NCBI GenBank assembly: GCA_009103225.1
Contig: RHPI01002272.1
Location: 1 to 64,000 of the forward strand
Origin: Chlorokybus atmophyticus
Taxonomy: Eukaryota > Plantae > Mesostigma and Chlorokybus algae
DNA: 64,000 nucleotides
Reading direction: 5' to 3'
Part shown: piece after piece, positions 50,714 to 63,300 of the stretch
Layout of the letters: each line of letters starts with the position of its first letter
Position numbering within the stretch: the stretch's first letter is position 1
Program-made: the position numbers and the translations under genes
Notes under the pieces: generated by a model
The model's database searches: none
Seen by the model: only the letters and a program-made list of their open reading frames with translations
Told to the model about the DNA's origin: nothing

Positions 50714-51510
50714 CACTTGAACTCATTGCTTCTGATGCCTGGTATATCGAAAAGCTTTGCCATAGCCTGTAGCCAGTTTTTTCTTGTCTCCTCGTGCACC
50801 TGTTGCCCTTCTTCTATGGGTTGCTGTTTGATCAAGTCGAACTGCTGCTTCTGCAACTTTTCAAACCCGGTGAGTGGGGGGGTGGGGAGGGGGGTGGGGA
50901 GGGGGTGGGGTGGTTGTTCCTCGCTCCAGTAGAACACAGGTACGATGTTTTTGCTTTCGTTAATCGCTTTCACCAGCTCTGTTAGGCAGTCTATCGACTC
51001 CGAAAATCGCTGGGAGAGAATGACAACGACAACCTGTGCAGCGCTCAAGGCGTCCAACATACTTTGCTGCGCACTTGGGCTCCCTTTCAGATCATTGTCA
51101 TCAAGAAAGGGTTTGATAGAGTAGTTGGTGCGTTTCAACGCCTCATAGATATACGAGGCGAATGTTCTCTTGGTGTCGGGTCCTCGATGGCATATGAACA
51201 CATTCCACTGCACACACTCAGTCAGTGCTGAACAATACACAATGCGGTTGTCACACACACACACACGCGCAGGCGCAGGCGCACATATAAATGTATATAA
51301 GTGTATATGCATATAATGGAGCATTGGGTTCCTGTGTGACGAGCAATTTGAGACTGGTCGCGTCAGCGACACCATGTGACGCAAAGAGATACCCACACAA
51401 TGCCCAATCACATGAGGAAGTCTCAGGGAGCTTACTGCGGGTGCCGGGTCTTTGAGATTGTCAATGCTACAACCTTCAGCAAGTGTACTGAGAGATCCCA
51501 ATGAAGTCAT
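47400..51510 (-). CDS. TIR-NB-ARC-LRR (TNL) receptor-like gene; 3' end uncertain (may extend to about 45800 and may be degenerate)
   Basis: TIR exon 51207-50717 (VFICHRGPDTKRTF...FLDD...SIDCLTELVKAI, catalytic Glu retained); NB-ARC exon 50458-49198 with GMRGVGKTT, VLLVVDNV, GSKVILTS, CGGLPLAL, FQDLACY, VMHDLL and no stops; LRR exons about 49050-47790; canonical GT-AG sites. Confidence 0.92.
50637..50711. repeat. (GA)n microsatellite in the TNL intron between TIR and NB-ARC
   Basis: Read directly. Confidence 0.95.
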
Positions 51511-53438
51511 GACTGCGGGCAAGCGGGCTAAACAGAGAACGACGTGGTACTGTCCTCAGTGTGCCCGCACTGCTGCTTCACAAATCAACCCTGCGATTAG
51601 TTCGTGAAGAGGCGAGTGCCGAGATGAACTTCAATTACCCTCACATGCGATATGGGCGGATATACAAGGCATCTATTAGTGGTCAACTTTTATGTCTGGC
51701 CGGCTGCATGCATGCAAGATATGCGATCAGCGATATGCACGTGTGCAAGGCGTCTGTTAGTGGGCGTCGATTCATGTCTGGCCGTCTGCATGCATGCATG
51801 CTCGCAGTGTACTCTGAATCAAAGAACGGATGTGACCGCATCCGCATAGTCATCGTGTATGCGCATTGAGCTAAGGCAGGTAGGGTCAGAGAAGCTGTGC
51901 CAAAGGCAGTGGCCAGTCACAAGGTCACTGTGCATTCTGGCATGGCAAGTACGTACAGCTGCTAGGCGACGACCTCACGCCCGCCGCTGCCTGCCCACAG
52001 CAGCGAGGAGTGAGCCTCGCTGAGGTGCAAGAGCGACTCTGGACTGGCGGAAGAAGCAATCGCAAGCAGCGCTGCCAATCCGCTGGGCGTGGGGCGCAAG
52101 GAGGCCGGCACCGGCGGCCGCAACACCGGCAGCAGAGGCAATATCCGCCAATCCTGGTCGGGGCAGTGGCCAGCGCGGCACAATATCTGATGCCATTTGG
52201 CTACACGTTCTGGGCTCCTGAGGTTCCTCTGACCCTTTTCCTCTGCGGTCGTACCACCATTCCAAACCACCTAGGTGTTCCTCTCGCACCGCCGACAAAC
52301 TGCGAAGGGCACGTTTCAGGCCTGAAACGTGCCCTCCGCATTTGGTCGCGGTGTGAGAGGAACCGCTGGCGGTGGCGGCGGGGGCGGGCAATGTGGAGGG
52401 CGAGGGCGCGGGCACAAGACTAGCACAACATGCACCCAACACTGGCAGCCATCTTCGCCCTGCAGCTCGCTTGCCTCTACTGCTTCCAGCAAGCAGAGTC
52501 AGTGATTGCATGTGCCCGGTGCGGGTCTCTCGTCTGCGACTCTCGCTAGGCGGAGCAATATGCTCCCGGTTTGAGCAACAATGACGCCTTGATATGATTT
52601 TGTCATGTCAAGGAAACCTTTGCGTGGGCCTATTACTGGTCTGCACGAGTTCAACTACAACAACCAACTTCATGCATTAAACATGCTCAAGCGTTCGCTT
52701 TATGCTTCTTGCCGTTGTGATGCTTCCATGAAAGCCGCTGTAAGACGTAGCTCGCTCTGGCTAAGTGCTACTCACTACAAGCAGTTTGACGGAGATGAAT
52801 CATTACGGTCAGACTGCCGCAATAACAGCTGCGCAGATCTTGTTGGCGTTGCCTGCGAAGTCCAGCGGCGTAGCTGGCCTAAGCTGGCGTTCGCCTTGAT
52901 TGCTACCTGTTGTTAGGTTTGCTGGTGTACATATCTTCCTAGGATTTTGCAGCTGTACACGGCCAGACTTCCGTGGCGGCAAACATGTGGACAGCTGCAA
53001 ATACTAGCCAGGACATCGCTGACTACATGACGACATGCAAGCACCGATGGCCTGACTACCACATGCTATATTTGAATTCGTAAGTATCATTGGTTGAAGA
53101 TTTATACTCTCGTGTGCGCAGGCTGCATCAGCACCATGCTGCCCATGCTGCTACACTGTGTTAGCCAGCCAGGGGCCTTATAACGTCATTAATGGTGGAC
53201 CCAACAGCTTTAAGGTATCTTTAGATGAATTCCTTTGTGCCAATGCTTTGGAGAGCGCCATAACACCTGGGGAAGTCACGACCGTGAGACCCTTTGCTGG
53301 CGGTCAACAGGTGCGGGTCCACACATGGGCAACAATCATGTCTTGCTATGCATTGCATTTTGTCTTTTATGATCAAGCCTGCAAGGCTGCCGGGGTAATA
53401 AGCCAGAACATGTTGACAATGCATGCTTACGTGGTGAT

Positions 53439-53439
<1 letters not shown>

Positions 53440-53486
<47 letters not shown>

Positions 53487-53507
53487 NCCCCCCCCCCCCC
53501 CCCCCCC
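53440..53507. repeat. Poly-C tract
   Basis: Read directly; contains an N. Confidence 0.9.
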
Positions 53508-55360
53508 TGTCCGAATGCTGGTGCTAAAGCTGTTGCACACGAACACCACATGCCAGCGCTTGGGGGCAGCTTTGGTTGCGGATTGCCAATACGCCTCCGC
53601 GACAATCTCCCCAAAAACAGGATGCAGCATCTATTCTGATGCAGGAACCTGCAGCTGCGCCCTGGGTCTGCTCCTCCCACAGCAACGCCAGTCAGCTCAC
53701 CACCACCATCGTTATTGCCACCGGGCGGATTGCCAGGCAGGGCATTATACTGTCATCTGCTATGCAACCATGTGTTCAACGGGCCAGTCAAAGCAGTATG
53801 CAGACACACAACTAAGGGCGTGAACATGTCTACGTCTGTTTGTACCACACTGTGTGGTCGTCGTTGCGTCGGTCATCTTCTTGCAGTTGCTGCCCGCAAC
53901 TGTGCAATGCATGCATGTGTTGAGAGACTCTGACTGGTTATAACGCAGGTTGGAAACTTGCGCTCAAAATAATTGCTAGTTTTGTTGGAGCATGTTTGGT
54001 GGTGGATGGGCTATGTTATTGACACAGCCTGCGAGCGTTCTGCCGCAGTCAAGGTATTATGCAACCAAACAGAGGCACTGCCACAGTATGGCATACGTTG
54101 CAAAATATGAATAGATCGTCGTGGTCAGGCTGTCAGATGTATACAAGTCTTGCGCATGGTTCCTTAGTACTCTCTGCGTGCATGTGAAAACTGCACAGTA
54201 ATACACCCGCGTGCATGCAGAAAGTAGCTCGGTTCAATTGGGAAATAAACATGTGGCACAATCACAGGTTGTACAGGTCGTCGCTGGGAGGCGGTTAAAG
54301 TCAGACAGTTCGACCGCAGGTGAGCGAGTTGCGGCCATGATTATTATCATTGTGCTGCTCTTACCGTTGAGCAGTGGTGGTGTATGCTCATGCGGGCATT
54401 GTAGCGGCTAGTCGCATGCATGCTTGCCTAGGAAATCAATAACACTGGCGACAGTGCATCTGTGCACACATGTAGAGCCATGCTTGTTATGCATTCGCCA
54501 AATGCAGCATAAACTGTTGACAACTCATGTACTGCTGCTTGCAATTTGGAGCGAACAGTCTTGGTGTAGTGTCCTTCAGCGATACTGGGTCTAAAGCATA
54601 TTGCATCAGTACAAACCAGCTTTGAGATCATCCTGTCCGCAGTGTTGCACACAGGTGATGATACGCTGGTACCAAGCGCGGTAAATGGTATTCATAACGG
54701 GGCTGAGCCTATTGATAGCACTACAACCGTTGCGGCTGCAGGCAACGCGCGTGTGGCAGAAAGAGCAACCCATCCCATTCTAGAATTTGAGGCCACGCAT
54801 GCATCATCGGCGCCAGCAGGTGAGCTGCACTGCGCAGTTATGCTGCATATGTTGCATGTACATCAAATGCAGGACATGCATGCGCATGCACATGTACACA
54901 CAACACCTGCAGACAGATGTTACCACCTTGTGCATATGTTCTTTGGCTTGCAATTTTGTACATAGCATTTCAAGTCATGTGTGCTTTATTGCTCATGATG
55001 TTCCCCCAACTGAGTTGCACAGCCAGTGCAAAGTAAGATGAAGTGAGTCAAACTTCACATGGCATGCTAAGTTATTCGGTCTAGAATCGTAGAGTCGACT
55101 CCATCGCAAGGCATGCAAGTTGAATGTCACCGGTGCTGCGTGCAGGTGCACCCACACCAGTTGCTGTTGGGCAACCTGCTGCTGCGGCGGCGGCGGCGGC
55201 GGCTCATGCCGTAGCCGGAACCTCAACCAGTGCGGCTGCAGCAGGGTGCCTTAACTTGGCGTTGTGTACATCTTGCTTATTATGGCGTGCTGCAGACCCT
55301 GCACACCTAATGCTGTGACTCTGTTGCACTTCACTCTAACCCATGATGTTTTTTTTGTAG

Positions 55361-56050
55361 GCCGTCGAGTGTGCATACCTCTGTGTTTATCAGCTATTGT
55401 CAGACGGATCCAGAGCATAGAACGCGAGTGAGGCAGCTAGGAAGCAAGTTGCGAGACGGACGGTATCACGGTCATCGTTGACTACAAGCATGACGAATCA
55501 TTGTCATGGCCTGATTTCATCATACAAATGGTGGCACCAGGGGTGAAGGTGGGCATGCACTATACATGTGCTCAACTCTGTTACTTGATTGAATGAGCAA
55601 CACCCGTGATCGTCGGGTTTGCAGGTCATTGTTGCTTGTGATGAGCATTATGCGAGACACTGTCAAGGCCAGCGACCGCCCGGGGTGGGCCCCACATTAC
55701 CACTCCCCTCATCACCAGGTGAGGGGAGCGGTATTGGCGTTCGCATTGAGATGAACCTTATTTCCAACAAGCTGTACGAGCAACCAAACAATGCTCGTTG
55801 GCTAGTGCCAGTGCTGTTCGTACCGCCTGGCAGAAGAAAGCACGTGCCAAGGCAAATTGCAATGTACGATCACGTCATCATAAAGTGGCAAGAGCAGGTC
55901 AGACGGAAGCACTGTTTGGGTGCTGCTTGTAAGGTGCTGATGTGACGCCACTAATTTTTGACCCGCGCACCCGCTCATCAACTCTTACAATTTCAGGAGC
56001 TTGATGGGCAAGGTTAAAATCAATTATTGCGACGCTTTTCAGCCTAAGAA
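55361..56050 (+). pseudogene. SEFIR/TIR-like domain gene, copy 2 (exons 55361-55548, 55625-55897, from 55997); upstream exons possible
   Basis: SVFISYCQTDPEHRTRVRQLGSKLR / DGITVIVDY...SWPDFIIQM / VIVACDEHY...GIGVRIEMNLISNKLYEQPNNARWLVPVLF...HVPRQI / G*NQLLRRF; +1 frameshift near 55458; TAA at 56015-56017. Confidence 0.8.
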
Positions 56051-56369
56051 CTGAGTTTACGCCTTTGTTCAGTATAGAGAGGAGTGTGATTCATGTCACA
56101 ACCACCTTGCGTTGTCAACACTTGGTCAGCCCAACAGCTGTCATTTTATCCGCTAGTACGAAACTTGCTCCTTCCGAGGGAGTACTTGAACTTTAATGTC
56201 GAAGATCAATCCCTCAGGGAGAGTTTTATCATTCGTTTATAATAAGGAACCATTAATATAGTAAGTCGTAATGTGCATCCAATTGCTTTGCGCGATAGTT
56301 GAGTTTACATTGAGCATCTGCCACAATGCGTTTGGGATTGATGATAATGCAACTCATTATCGCAACACT

Positions 56370-56370
<1 letters not shown>

Positions 56371-56409
<39 letters not shown>
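56371..56409. repeat. Poly-C tract
   Basis: Read directly. Confidence 0.9.
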
Positions 56410-57008
56410 NGGGTCTGTGCATAATAGCGCACCAGGAAGTACACGCCGGGTGACTCATGATACTGCAAAAGCAGAGCTAAAAGCAAGACAAATAGCAGAT
56501 GCTCACCTTGCCAAATGCAGTGTATGCGTGCCTACCAACACGTGGTGCATCAAGTAAGTTCATGCATCTTTGAAGTTGTGCCGCACAACTTCAAAGATGC
56601 ATGAAAAGGAAGGGCAGCACTTGCACCTGCTGTGCACCTGCTCACCAAGTTACTGCGGGCTGCAATATGCTTCATGCATGGACCTGTCGTCAAGGCATGA
56701 CATGACATATCCACGGCCATCATTGTCACGATTATCAAGCTGTAACATATGCACACCAATCTATTGACTCATCACTTTAACTGCAACGTTTGCCCACCCT
56801 CGTTGACACAGCGCACAAATGGCATACCGGTCGCATGCCAATGACCGTCATGCCATGCACACATATCCGGCTAGACCATATGCATACACACCAGCGAATG
56901 TTGTGCAGATGTATACAAACAACTACATATTGCAACCGTCTGCAGACAAAGCCTGCTATGTCGCCGCGCCAATTGACAAGTGTGAGGTGGGCAAGGTTCC
57001 GAAAGATG

Positions 57009-57710
57009 CTAACTACCTAAACGCCTCACCCACCTTAACAGCTTGCGAAGTGACGTTAGTGACTCCGCTTTATCATTGGAGAGCTGATGAGCCCGCTGCC
57101 TGAGGATATGATTGGGCTCCCGGGCCTCTCTCACCCCAGCAGTGACGAGCTCCTGCAATGCGTTGTTGATTGAGCTCTCTTGCCTCTCGGGGTACGCATT
57201 GCGGTATGCCTGCTCCAGCAGGTAATAACGCCGCGGCCGCACAACAGCCTCAGCAACCGAGAGACGAAGGTAATGCTTGCCGGTGGAGGCATAAAAATTC
57301 GCACCCTTTGGAGAATACCAGTTGGCAATGTCAATGGGCTCCACCAGCAACCGATAGTTGTTGCCTCTTGCGAGCCAGTCGCTTGTGGAAGAAAGAATGT
57401 CCTCTGGGATGGAACCGCGCTCGTACTGCGTGGTAACCCAATCCCAAAAATTCTTAAGTTTTACCCGAGCTTTCTCAATCTGCGGTGGCCGGTTCTATTT
57501 GAAGCCAACATAGTAGTCTTGTTCGTCCTGGTACTGCTTGATAACATCCATCGCGTCATCAACACCATCGTACTTCATAGACAGCTCTGCTGCCTGCCTG
57601 TTTCGAGCATCTTCCCTGTTGCGCACAAAAGCATACAGTCCAAACAGGAACCCGAGCAAGCCGACCAGACAGGCGAGGATGCTGGGCCAGGGAGGCGCTG
57701 GTTCAGCCAT
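57009..57710 (-). pseudogene. EDS1-family EP-domain gene, copy 2, with an N-terminal hydrophobic helix; single in-frame TAG at 57495-57497
   Basis: One frame: MAEPAPPWPSILACLVGLLGFLFGLYAFV...DYYVGFK*NRPPQIEKARVKLKNFWDWVTTQYERGSIPEDILSSTSDWLARGNNYRLLVEPIDIANWY...GKHYL...RPRRYYLLEQ. Confidence 0.9.
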
Positions 57711-60369
57711 CTGTTGGGTTGTAATAAGCCCCACGCGTGCATGCGCTCTTGCTCTTGCTCCTTCCCCTTTGTACAGCGGACTCGGGCACTGCGCATGCAC
57801 GTGTTGATGTTCAGTTCACTGTTCAATTGATCCCCATTGCTTAGAGCGGACATGTTGCAACACCCCGCAGCAGTGCAAACGCTCCTGCAACCAAAATTGA
57901 TTGCAGACTTACTCAACGTGTGTAAGCTAAGCTGCCCCAAACCAAGCACCAGCCCAGCCAAGCTGTGGTGACTCGGACTGGCACGACTCAGTTCAGCTGG
58001 CGAGCATGATGGCAGCAACTGCTTACGGACATGTTTACAGCATGGCTAACGGGAGCGCTCGCATTAAGCAACAGCAACAACATTACAAGTTTAAAAGCCA
58101 ACTACTTGCTACAGCGGCCAGGGTGGAGCAAGAAACGCAAGCAGTACAGTGCTACGCCGGTATATGTGCATGCATGTAAGCCAGCGTGAGCAAGCTGTTG
58201 CACTGGTCGATACATAAACAGGCAGCACTGATGGCGTCTTGCACCTTCTAGCTAGCAAGCTAAACCAACCTCTCACCAGGTTTGAGCTTCAGGCTTCCTT
58301 GCTCCAGCAGCAACCTCTGGAGTTGAAGCCAACAGCTTCAGAGCAAGGACAGCGCCTCCTTGCTGACCCAGCCAGCCAGCAACCTCGTCGGGCTACCGCA
58401 GCGCCCCTTCCTACAGGCGCAAGTTGCCCATACCCTTACCCCTTCAGCGCAACGGCAGCGTCGCCGCCCGTCGCCCCCTCCTCCCTCCCGCCCACAGCGT
58501 CAACAAGCTGGCTCAACTTAACGCGAGCATTCCATTTATGAGGGGTAGGAGAAAGTCTTGCGGCCAGCACTTGACTTCGTCTCATCGGCTGCATGCGACT
58601 TGAAACATGTCTCCGGGTCCAAAAGAACGAGATACCGGTAGGTTACAGAATAGTGTCGTCTTCTGACAAAGTCTTTGTTACAACTTGCAGTATGGGCTCT
58701 GGTGTTTGGGTTTCAATGAGCGAGATGTTAAGACGCTATGCGACAGAGGAGACCTGAATGCCCGTGCACTATGTGCTAGAGATTGGCGGCGGAGTGGGTG
58801 GGGCGGAGCTGAGCCGTCATGCAGGCCGCTCTACCTACTGCTGGAGATAAGTGGTGCAAGCCGCTGACGGTTGGAGCAACTACGCCCTCCTCCCCGCCAG
58901 CCGGCTGCGCAGTGCAAAAGCTAGCGTTGGCTGCAAACACGGTGCGCTATACCTTCTGCTGTTGAGTAGGCTGCGCGTGTTTGCTGCTGTCGCACAACAA
59001 GTCTGCTTGGGCAGGGCAATCAGAAGTTACGTAGTACTCGAATAACGTGCTTTGCAATGGATAGCCAGCTGCAGCCAGTGTAGCAAGCTGGTTGCAGCTA
59101 GTTGCAACAATCAAGTAGGGTTGTTTGTGGTTCAGAAATATTGTCACTGAGCCGTGCTCCTGCAGACAAGGTTCTAAAAGTCATCGATGATCAATTCTTG
59201 TGACGCAGCGAGGTGTCTGCAGGTACGAGTGGCTTGACAATTGAAGATAGCAGTATCTGAAGGTAGGCATTGACGCGCCAAGTAGTAGTGATTAGTCCTC
59301 GTGATATAAATTCTGCACGACGCTGTCATGCCACTGCTTGCATTTCAGACACGTTGCTGACAACATAACAGCAGCCAGCTCGTTGCTGTCATGTTCTCCA
59401 TCAGTCAAATCAATCCTGCGTTCCGCGGCCAGCATGCATGTTTGCGTGCATTTTATGCTGCGTACGGGTATCTGCAACACGTCCTATTGCAGGTGAGTGG
59501 TAGGTGTTGGCAAGCAACTGCCTCGCATCTGCCACTACCTGCTCAACCAGTAATTTTTGCAAGAGCTTTGATCCACAAAACTGTGTCTGGACTCAAACAC
59601 AGATTTGAAAAATCAGTTGTAAGCAGCCCCCCACTCCCAAGTAGCTGCCCTTGTGAATGCCGTGCTTGTAGTGGTGTATCTGACCCTGCTGAAGGTTAAG
59701 CCCTTTTGTCGTTGATATCACCTTGTGGATGTGTGGCTGCATCGGCTTCGTGGCTCTCGTGCGTGCGTGCGTGCGTGCGTGGAAACTGCAATTGTATGTG
59801 TGTCTGTGTGCGTGTGTGCGCGTGCGCGCATGAGCGCATGCGCGGACACACGTGCGCGTCATGGTACATGCATGTAAACTACACAACAAGCGGGCACATC
59901 GCAGGGGTCGCCTTCCACCATTGCATCATCACTTGTCGTAGCCATTGTGTGACCAAGTACATGTACTAATGGCTTGATGTTAGCTATGGATGCACAACAG
60001 ATCAGCAGCACTGCTACCAGTTGTACCAATCGCGCTGAAGTACAACTTACATCAGAGTGCAGAGGCTTTCTAACTGTTGTAATCATCACTTGCTGGGTCG
60101 TTGTTAAGCATGCACATTGTCATGGTAGACTAGTGATAGCACACAATCTGGTAAGCGTTCCATGAACACATCTACAAACCATCAGTCAACTGTACAGTCA
60201 ACCACCTGCAGTAGTCATAGTCAACTTATACAGCACATTGCCATTAAAGCTAGTGTGAAATGATGATGCAATGGTTGCTATACTTGTGAGTTATAAACAT
60301 ACTTGGCTGACAACCACTCCAAGTGCACTTGCACACATGAGTCATGTGTCCACGTATGTGTCGAAACAG

Positions 60370-63300
60370 TTGTCTGCGAGTCAATTGTTACTGGTTGCCA
60401 TTGAGACAGGTATTGTCTGCATGTGTAGCATGTGCAAGTTTACAGGCAATAAGCAGCAATAACGTCTACATGTCACAATGCGGTGCTGGCTAAAGTAGAG
60501 TGACAATGCCGCAACAGCATAGCGACAACCGCAACGACCGAATCACACATTCAGCCAGCCGTCTACCCACCTCAACACTCTTGTCACCAGCATTGCCACC
60601 ATGTACCTGGGCTGCGCGGACCCGTGGCCCACCCGCACGACCACGCTCGCTCGCGTCTACCTCATCACGCATGAACCAGCGCGTGAGGCCTGCAGGTACA
60701 CCCCCCTGCAACGTGTACACGTAATCTGCAGTTGTTAATGAATGCTGTTACCCAAGTACGCATAGTATGTCATGTAGATAACACGCACTCGCACTCGCAC
60801 ATGCACAGTGTGTACTGGATGCGGTAGGTACAAGAGACTCCCACACGGTACAAACGGCACAATGTGTGGCGGTAGTGCGTACAAGTCGCTTGTAACACTT
60901 GTAAGTGCAAGGCATCCTGTCCAGATTGATCAGTGACGATTAGGTTTACCGCAAGCAATAAGCCTACCGAAAATCTGGGATTGCATTTGTTTTATTGACA
61001 GTCGGCAACTTTGATTTACTGTGTACTTGACATTTGGGCTGTCATGTCGTGTGCATGCAGGCAGGTGCGCTAGTGTGAAATTAGCGCGCATGATTGTGCG
61101 TGCAAAAGGGCTGTGGTCGTGTACCAGGAGTGTGCGTAGATGTACCAAGAGAGACAGCAACAGATCAGGGTACAGCGGTGCGCATGCACGAGAACGCAGT
61201 AAAGTTCGGGGAGGGGGGAAGGAAAAAGGAAAAGGGGAGAGAAGAGCAAGGATGGTAGGGGCGGGGGAGAGAGAGAGATTGGACGACGGCAGGTTGACTT
61301 CTACTTACAAAGAAAAAAAGAAACAGTGGTTGCTACGCACCCAGCCTTTCACCCACTGCCTCCGCCTCCTCCTCCTCCTCATGCGCCGCCGCCGCCGTTA
61401 CCGAACCCTGCCTCGCTACCGGCCGGTGATGCAAGATTGAAGCGATTGAGAGCTCATCATCAGCTTGTCCTCGTTGGCGGGGGCGGCGGCAGCATCGTCG
61501 TCTTCGCCGTGCAGGCGTCATCGTCGCCTGTTGGGTGGCTGCCTCCAGCTCGGACATACCAACACAGAGGTTGGCTCCCACTCCGTCGCCTCTCCTGTGC
61601 GAATCATGCTCTCAATCCCACACTTGCAAGCATCCAGCTGCCTGTTTGGGTGTGGTTGAGCATGTGCGCATGTAAGGTGAATGTGTCGAGAATGCGTAAC
61701 CGCGTGAGTACGAGCGCATGTGAGCATGCGCCAGTGTAAGTGCAACGTAAGTGTAAGAGCAAGAGTACATGTCTGTGACTATGTAGTTGAAGAACATGTG
61801 AACATGTATGTGCGAGACTGCATGTGTGGATGAGTGGTAGCGCTTCAGTTTAATTCAGTGGCTGTGCTTGTATAGGCTGTAGGGTTCAGCCTTTGTCAAC
61901 ACATGCAGAGTGTCGTGCTGTTGTTCTTTGTCCGCTGTCCAACAACCATATCCGCATGCAGTTGACAGCACCCTTGAAAGTACCATGCTTGGTGTTGTAG
62001 TTGCTTTGGGAATGTAGTCTGTCTCAGTATTATACCCGATTCACTTGCTAGCATGGATGCAGCATGCGTAGTAAGCCACCCAACCATTGTTTTCTTTACA
62101 ACAGGCAGCGCGGAGAGAGCCGCAGTGATATATGACGCAGGGATACAAACCTTGCAGCATCCAGCATGGACTGAAGTAGCGTTCTCGTGCGCTCGGAACA
62201 GTTTTTATTCCTTCGCTGGTCATACTCAGTGTAGGCAGGCTGCCTACACCAACAAAGCTGGCTAGTGCGCATAGCCTCGCCTAGCAGCGACTGTAGCATC
62301 AGGCCATGATGCATGCCAAGCGGCTTGTCGCATAGCCTTACCCAACTAGGGATAGCTGTGCGGCAAATGGTTGGTTGCCTATGATAGGGGGCAATGTGGT
62401 TGCACACGCACGATCACATGGGGAGACTTGCCATCATGTATAGTATACGACTGTAGGGTACAAGTGTAGACTACAAGTGTTGCTAGACAACGATACACTC
62501 GTCATTCATGTAAAGGATGGGACATGGTCCACCCTGTTTGGGGTGCAAGTGAATCAACCGAAGTTGTACATTTGGTACAATAAAAGCCAGCCAGCGCCCT
62601 ATCCGTGCAGTCAAAATCTCTGTCAGCAAGGCAGGCTCTTGAAAAAGAGGCCTTTACAAACGCTGCCATTGTGCGCTGACCGATCTGCGGAGCAGCTGTC
62701 GCAATACACCTCGTCCAACAAGAACTCTATCCCCGCCAACACTGTGGGGCTCGCAGTACTCCACGAACCAGCACTTGCGGATGTTGGTATACGCCATCAG
62801 AAGGTACATCTGCGCAAGGTGGTGCGNNNNNNNNNNNNNNNNNNNNNNNNNNNNNNNNNNNNNNNNNNNNNNNNNNNNNNNNNNNNNNNNNNNNNNNNNN
62901 NNNNNNNNNNNNNNNNNNNNNNNNNNNNNNNNNNNNNNNNNNNNNNNNNNNNNNNNNNNNNNNNNNNNNNNNNNNNNNNNNNNNNNNNNNNNNNNNNNNN
63001 NNNNNNNNNNNNNNNNNNNNNNNNNNNNNNNNNNNNNNNNNNNNNNNNNNNNNNNNNNNNNNNNNNNNNNNNNNNNNNNNNNNNNNNNNGGGGGGCGTGG
63101 GGGCGTGTTATTCTGCCTGATCTTGCGGGTGAGTGGGCCATGCTTACCAGCAGGCAGATCCCATCGGGTAAAGCACTGATAGGTAGTCGCACTAAGGGTG
63201 TTTCAACGAGCAGAACTATTCGACCAACTTGTTGTAGTTTTGTACTATAGCCAGCCCGGGCATGTCAGTCAATCCTTGTGCAATCTTCGGATATAACGTT

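Noticed and set aside
28574-57497. Alternative genetic code (TAG/TAA = Gln) suggested by TAG at Gln positions
   Set aside because: The 453-aa NB-ARC and 611-aa MTase-RT frames contain no TAA or TAG despite many Gln codons, and TGA also interrupts frames at Arg sites; deamination explains this better.
57880-57990. Possible lipase motif upstream of EP copy 2 (HHSLAGLVLG...AINFGCRSV)
   Set aside because: Lacks the G-x-S-x-G glycine and any D/H catalytic context; too weak to call a lipase domain, though RNA-seq should check it.
58200-60300. Short ORFs in 58-60 kb
   Set aside because: No recognisable domains or coherent exon chain.
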